From NCBI GenBank assembly GCA_046155425.1, contig JBJXFM010000096.1:1-56986 (forward strand): DNA of 56,986 bases, given 5' to 3'. Position numbers and translations under genes: made by a program. The notes beneath the pieces are model-generated. The model saw only the letters and a program-made list of their open reading frames with translations. It did not search any database and was not told the DNA's origin. Positions 50,770 to 56,986 of this stretch are shown in pieces. The number at the start of each line of letters is the position of its first letter. The stretch's first letter is position 1. This DNA comes from Blastocatellia bacterium (lineage in GTDB: Bacteria; Acidobacteriota; Blastocatellia; RBC074).

Positions 50770-53700
50770 TTTACTGCCGTTTGACCAGGAGATTGCCGGC
50801 GCCGGAACGCTGACGGGTTTTCGGCTGCAACGCCTGGAGGTCTTCAACTGGGGCACCTTTGACGGGCGCGTGTGGACGCTGCATGCGGACGGCCGGAATT
50901 GTCTGCTGACGGGTGACATCGGGTCGGGGAAATCGACCCTGGTTGATGCAATCACGACGCTGCTGGCGCCGGCCAACCGTGTCGCCTACAACAAGGCCGC
51001 CGGGGCCGACAGCCGCGAACGGACACTGCGTTCCTATGTGCTGGGGCATTACAAAAGCGAACGCAGCGAGACGACCGGGGCGACGCGGCCGGTGGCGCTG
51101 CGCGACAGCAACAGCTATTCGGTGATCCTCGGTGTATTCCACAACGCGGGTTATGACCAGACCGTGACGCTGGCCCAGGTGTTCTGGATGAAGGAACCGC
51201 AGACGCAGCCGGCGCGTTTTTTCGTGGGGGCGGAGCGCGCGTTGTCGATTGCCGCCGACTTTGCCGGTTTTGGCGCGGACATACAGCGGTTGCGCCGGAA
51301 ACTGCGGGGGCCGGGCGTCGAGGTCAACGACAGCTTTCCGCCATACGCCGCATGGTTCCGGCGCCGTTTCGGCATTGAGAACGATCAGGCGCTGGAGCTG
51401 TTCCACCAGACGGTGTCGATGAAATCGGTGGGCAATCTCACCGATTTCGTGCGCAACCACATGCTGGAACCCTTTGATGTCGCGCCGCGCATCCAGGCGC
51501 TGATTGCGCATTTCGACGATCTGAACCGCGCGCACCAGGCCGTGCTCAAGGCGCAGCGGCAGGTCGAATTGCTGACGCCGCTGGTGGCCGATTGCGCGCG
51601 GCATCGCGAGCTGAGCGCCGAGATGGAGGCGCTGCGCCATTGCCGCGAACACCTGCGCGCGTATTTCGCCGGGCTGAAACTCGGCCTGCTGGACAAACGG
51701 CTGGGTTTGCTGGCCGAGGAATGGACGCGCGCGGATGTCCTGGCGCAGCGGCTGGCGGCGATGCATGAAGAGCAGCTTCGCCAGGTGGACGAACTGAAGC
51801 AGGCCATCGCCGACAATGGCGGCGACCGTCTGGAGCGTCTTGCCACCGAGATTCGCCGCCAGGAAATCACGCGGGACAATCGCAAAGCCAGGGCGGATCG
51901 TTACGCCGCGCTGGCGGCGCCGCTGGGCGAACCGCCCGCCAGCGACGCGGCGGAATTCCTGACACAGCGCGCGCGATTCACCGCCTGGCGCGAGGACCTG
52001 CGCAACCGCGAGGCGGAACTGCAGAACGCGCTGACCGAGCTCGCCGTGACACTGCGCCAGGGCCGGCAGGAACACGAACAACTCAGCTCCGAGATCGACA
52101 GCCTCAAACGCCGCCGCAGCAACATCGACCACCAGCAGATACAGATCCGCGCGGCCTTGTGCGCGGCCCTGGGCCTTGCCGGGGACGACATGCCCTTTGC
52201 CGGTGAACTGCTCCAGGTGCGCGAGGAGGAACGCGACTGGGAAGGGGCCGCCGAACGTCTGTTGCGCGGTTTTGGCCTGTCCTTGCTGGTTCCCGACACG
52301 CATTACCGGGCCGTCGCGGAATGGGTGGACCAGAGCCAGCTGCGCGGACGTCTGGTGTATTTCCATGTCCGTCCGCGCCGTGGCGGCGAGCCGCCCGGGC
52401 TGCATCCTGATTCGCTGGCGCGCAAGCTGGCGATCCGGCCCGGCACACCGCATTACGAATGGCTGGAACGCGAACTGGCCCACCGTTTCGATGTGGCCTG
52501 TTGCGCCACGCAGGAACAGTTCCGCCGCGAAACACGCGCCATCACGCAGGCTGGCCAGATCAAGGACCCGACCGGCCGGCACGAGAAAGATGACCGGCAT
52601 CACCTCAATGACCGCGGCCGTTATGTGCTGGGCTGGAGCAACAGCGCCAAGATCGCCGCCCTGGACAGCCGGCGCCGTGGCCTCGAGGCCCGCCTGGGCG
52701 AACTGGGCAGCCAGATCGGGGCCATCGAACACGAACGTCGTGGCCTGGCCGCACAGCTCGAAGCGCTGACCCGCCTCGATGAATTCACCAGCTTTGACGA
52801 GCTGGACTGGGGCAGCGTGGCCACCGAAATCGCCGCGCTGGGCGACGAACTCGCGCGGCTGGAATCCGCCTCCGATGTGTTGCGGCGCCTGAATGAACGG
52901 TTGCGCGAACTGCAACAGACCCGGCAGGAAACGGACACACAGTTGCAGACGGCGCGGGACCGGCGGGCGAGGGTTGAGCAACGCAGGGCCGATACAGAGG
53001 AACTGCGCCGGCAGACCGAGGCCCTGCTGCAAAACGTTGTGGTGGACGCGGCCCTCGCCGCACGGCTGGAAGAGATGCGCGCGGCGGCGCTGGGCGAGCA
53101 TCAGCTGACGGTCGAGTCCTGCGACAACCGCGAACAGGACCTGCGTGGCTGGATACAGACGCGGATCGACAATGAAACCAGGGCGCTGGGCCGCCTTGCC
53201 GAAAAAATTATCAAGGCGATGTCCGCGTTCCAGGATGCGTACAAGCTCGAAACCGCCGAGATGGACGCCAGTCTCGAAGCCGCGTTCGAGTATGAAAAGC
53301 TGCTGACGCAACTGAACAGCGATGACCTGCCGCGTTTCGTGGCGCGTTTCAAGGAACTGCTCAACGTCAACACGATTAACGAAATCGCCAATTTCAACGC
53401 GCAGCTGGCCCGCGAGCGCGAAACCATCCGCGAACGCATCGCGCATATCAACCAGTCGCTGGGCGAGATCGATTACAACCCGGGGCGTTACATCGTCCTC
53501 GAATCGCAGCTCAATCCCGACATCGAGATCCGCGAGTTCCAGCAGAATCTGCGCGCCTGCACCGAAGGCGCCGTGACGGGCGCGGACGAGACGCAGTATT
53601 CCGAGGCCAGGTTTCTCCAGGTCAAGGCCATCATCGACCGTTTTCGCGGGCGCGATAACCTGTCGGAGCCGGATCGCCGCTGGACGGAACGTGTCACCGA

Positions 53701-54148
53701 TGTGCGCAACTGGTTCCTGTTCTCGGCCAGCGAACGCTGGCGCGCGGACCACACCGAATACGAGCATTACGCTGATTCCGGCGGCAAGTCCGGCGGGCAG
53801 AAGGAAAAACTCGCCTACACGGTCCTCGCGGCGGGCCTCGCCTTTCATTTCGGTCTCGAATGGGGCGTGACGCGTTCGCGATCCTTCCGCTTTGTGGTGA
53901 TCGACGAAGCCTTTGGCCGCGGCTCCGACGAATCGGCGCAATACGGGCTGCGGCTGTTTCGCCAGCTCAACCTGCAGTTGCTGGTGGTTACGCCACTGCA
54001 GAAAATTCACATCATCGAGCCATTTGTTTCCAGCGTCGGTTTTGTGCACAACGAGCATGGAAAGGCGTCGAAACTGCGGAACCTGTCGATCGAGGAGTAC
54101 CGCGCGCAGAAAGGCGCCGGCGCCGCGCCGCCGGAGGCCACGCCATGA
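50762..54148 (+). CDS. jetC: Wadjet JetC (SMC/MukB-like ABC ATPase)
   Basis: The start at ATG 50762 overlaps the jetB end by 8 nt. It has [14 protein letters not shown], Walker [10 protein letters not shown], and a very long E/R/Q/L-rich coiled-coil middle. The signature-like [10 protein letters not shown] and Walker [11 protein letters not shown] are present. Confidence 0.9.
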   Translation: MNDLLPFDQEIAGAGTLTGFRLQRLEVFNWGTFDGRVWTLHADGRNCLLTGDIGSGKSTLVDAITTLLAPANRVAYNKAAGADSRERTLRSYVLGHYKSERSETTGATRPVALRDSNSYSVILGVFHNAGYDQTVTLAQVFWMKEPQTQPARFFVGAERALSIAADFAGFGADIQRLRRKLRGPGVEVNDSFPPYAAWFRRRFGIENDQALELFHQTVSMKSVGNLTDFVRNHMLEPFDVAPRIQALIAHFDDLNRAHQAVLKAQRQVELLTPLVADCARHRELSAEMEALRHCREHLRAYFAGLKLGLLDKRLGLLAEEWTRADVLAQRLAAMHEEQLRQVDELKQAIADNGGDRLERLATEIRRQEITRDNRKARADRYAALAAPLGEPPASDAAEFLTQRARFTAWREDLRNREAELQNALTELAVTLRQGRQEHEQLSSEIDSLKRRRSNIDHQQIQIRAALCAALGLAGDDMPFAGELLQVREEERDWEGAAERLLRGFGLSLLVPDTHYRAVAEWVDQSQLRGRLVYFHVRPRRGGEPPGLHPDSLARKLAIRPGTPHYEWLERELAHRFDVACCATQEQFRRETRAITQAGQIKDPTGRHEKDDRHHLNDRGRYVLGWSNSAKIAALDSRRRGLEARLGELGSQIGAIEHERRGLAAQLEALTRLDEFTSFDELDWGSVATEIAALGDELARLESASDVLRRLNERLRELQQTRQETDTQLQTARDRRARVEQRRADTEELRRQTEALLQNVVVDAALAARLEEMRAAALGEHQLTVESCDNREQDLRGWIQTRIDNETRALGRLAEKIIKAMSAFQDAYKLETAEMDASLEAAFEYEKLLTQLNSDDLPRFVARFKELLNVNTINEIANFNAQLARERETIRERIAHINQSLGEIDYNPGRYIVLESQLNPDIEIREFQQNLRACTEGAVTGADETQYSEARFLQVKAIIDRFRGRDNLSEPDRRWTERVTDVRNWFLFSASERWRADHTEYEHYADSGGKSGGQKEKLAYTVLAAGLAFHFGLEWGVTRSRSFRFVVIDEAFGRGSDESAQYGLRLFRQLNLQLLVVTPLQKIHIIEPFVSSVGFVHNEHGKASKLRNLSIEEYRAQKGAGAAPPEATP

Positions 54149-55326
54149 ACTGGACGAGCGCGGGCGATCTGCGGGGGCAACTGCTGCGGCTGTGGGAACG
54201 CGGCGATTTGCTGCGTGAGGCGCTGCCCGGCGCTTCGCGTTTTCCGCTGCGCCTGGCGCTGCGCGGACCCGGCGTGGCGGATATCACCGATCAGTTCGAG
54301 GCGGTGCGCGCGTGGGCGGCGGCGCTGGCGGCCGCAAGCCATTTGCGCATCGAGTGGCGCGAGGCGCGGCATCGTGTCCAGGGAACGCAGCGCCTGCCGG
54401 CCAGCGCCTGGGTGGATTCCGTGCAGGATGCCCTGACGTGGCTGGGCAAACGCCGGGAATGGGATCGCTTTGCGGCCATGGTCGCGGCCACGCGGCGAAC
54501 GCATCCCGTTTTGTTGCCGTGGCTGGAAAAACGTCCTTTGCAGGCCCTTGATCTGGCCGGTGAATGGCCGCGGCTGCTGGCGGTGGTTGACTGGCTGCTG
54601 GCGCATCCGTTTCCGCGTGTCTATCTGCGCCAGGTCGATCTGCCGGGCGTGCATTCCAAATTCATCGAAACGCATCGCGGCGTCCTGGCCGAATTGTTTG
54701 ATCTGGCGCTGCCGCCCGAGGCGATTGACACAGCCAGAACAGGCAGCGGACAGTTTGCCGCCCGCCACGGTTTTCTCGACAAACCCGCGCGCATACGCTT
54801 TCGCGTGCTGGATGCGGGCATACAGACATTGTCCGGGACAAGCTGTCCGGACATTACGCTGGACGCCGAGAGCTTCAGCTGCATGGCCATCGACATCGGG
54901 CGCGTCTTCATCACCGAGAACGAAACCAATTTTCTGGCGTTTCCACGGACGCCGCGCGCCATCGTCATTTTCGGCGCGGGTTATGGCTGGGATGCGCTCG
55001 CGCGCGGCGCGTGGCTGGCGCAATGCGGTATGTCTTACTGGGGTGACATCGACACGCATGGTTTTGCGATCCTCGACCAGTTGCGCGCCCGCTTCCCGCA
55101 TGTGGCGTCCTTTCTGATGGACCGCGAAACGCTGCTGGCGCACGAGGCGCAATGGGGCGAGGAACCGCGCCAGACGACCCATGACCTGCCGCGCCTGACA
55201 CAGCCGGAAGCCGCCTTGTATGACGACCTGCGGGACAATCGCATACAACCAAACCTGCGGCTGGAGCAGGAACGCGTCGGGTTTGGCTGGCTGACGGAGG
55301 CGCTCCGGGGGATCGGGCCTTTATGA
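54145..55326 (+). CDS. jetD: Wadjet JetD (DUF3322/DUF2220, Toprim-type nuclease subunit)
   Basis: The start at ATG 54145 overlaps the jetC stop as ATGA. The C-terminal half has Toprim-like acidic motifs [10 protein letters not shown] and [17 protein letters not shown]. Confidence 0.85.
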   Translation: MNWTSAGDLRGQLLRLWERGDLLREALPGASRFPLRLALRGPGVADITDQFEAVRAWAAALAAASHLRIEWREARHRVQGTQRLPASAWVDSVQDALTWLGKRREWDRFAAMVAATRRTHPVLLPWLEKRPLQALDLAGEWPRLLAVVDWLLAHPFPRVYLRQVDLPGVHSKFIETHRGVLAELFDLALPPEAIDTARTGSGQFAARHGFLDKPARIRFRVLDAGIQTLSGTSCPDITLDAESFSCMAIDIGRVFITENETNFLAFPRTPRAIVIFGAGYGWDALARGAWLAQCGMSYWGDIDTHGFAILDQLRARFPHVASFLMDRETLLAHEAQWGEEPRQTTHDLPRLTQPEAALYDDLRDNRIQPNLRLEQERVGFGWLTEALRGIGPL

Positions 55327-55494
55327 ACGAAAGTGGTCCTTCCCGGGGAAATTGTGCGTCGCTTGAAACACACCTGGCCGCTCAACTATCATCCGGTTTC
55401 GTTATCCCGTTTTATTATCTCTTTTTATTTCCGCACTTCGCCCTGATGCGCCCGTGTTTTCAGGTCCTGGCGGGTGTCGCGAAAGGAAGTCCGC

Positions 55495-56986
<1,492 letters not shown>

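Noticed and set aside
50771-54058. A 1095-aa minus-strand ORF antisense to jetC.
   Set aside because: It is Arg/Ala/Gly/Pro-rich and low-complexity with no recognisable motif. It exactly shadows a gene with strong Walker and coiled-coil signatures. This is a typical stop-poor antisense frame in GC-rich DNA.
48607-55326. The idea that the four-gene SMC operon is a previously undescribed system.
   Set aside because: Gene order, sizes and motifs fit the described Wadjet/JetABCD (MksBEFG-like) architecture. I see no extra or substituted component that would make it a new system.
55327-55494. A cobalamin riboswitch upstream of the B12-dependent mutase gene.
   Set aside because: No B12-box-like core is visible in the 168-bp spacer, and it is too short for a typical cobalamin riboswitch.

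Overview
This is a visibly GC-rich bacterial chromosomal window (GC not computed). A TIGR03437-type C-terminal domain and the overall gene content suggest Acidobacteriota, which is an inference. I support about 50 protein genes, most of them on the minus strand, and found no rRNA, tRNA, CRISPR array, transposase or integrase.

Layout:
- 0-10 kb: stress, efflux and sugar-phosphate genes, an M48-like/FHA fusion protein, a secreted MBL hydrolase and a single-ring Clp-type AAA+ ATPase.
- 10-21.3 kb: one long co-directional run, in transcription order hemE, an M16 peptidase pair, hemH, hemY, TfoX-C, an L,D-transpeptidase, larC, a kinase, nanE and a YdjM-like gene.
- 21.4-27.5 kb: a ypdA-like gene, a cupin, argG, a secreted CAP/TIGR03437 protein, pdxA and an Hfq-like gene.
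- 28-47.2 kb: a complete dcw cluster, mraZ-rsmH-ftsL-ftsI-murE-murF-mraY-murD-ftsW-murG-murC-(degenerate murB-like)-ftsQ-ftsA-ftsZ, with a readable promoter and a three-repeat MraZ operator upstream of mraZ.
- 47.7-48.4 kb: a ZIP metal transporter.
- 48.6-55.3 kb: an intact four-gene SMC-type operon that matches Wadjet (JetABCD / MksBEFG-like).
- 55.5 kb to the end: a partial methylmalonyl-CoA-mutase-family gene.

The only multi-gene 'system' I can support is Wadjet, which is already described. I do not see evidence for a genuinely undescribed multi-gene system here.

The most unusual signal not explained by genes is a family of six intergenic elements built from tandem heptads (consensus about GTRGNCR), mostly arranged as inverted arms. 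They are inserted between otherwise tightly packed operon genes and directly upstream of jetA.

Other points worth a second look:
- a truncated, motif-degenerate MurB-like ORF inside the dcw cluster
- an M48-like protein with RETGH in place of HExxH, fused to an FHA domain
- a perfect 3 x 12-bp in-frame repeat inside the conserved LDMRMD motif of rsmH
- a 16-bp perfect inverted repeat pair flanking a 152-bp intergenic segment

The many long antisense ORFs in the track are GC-rich artefacts.
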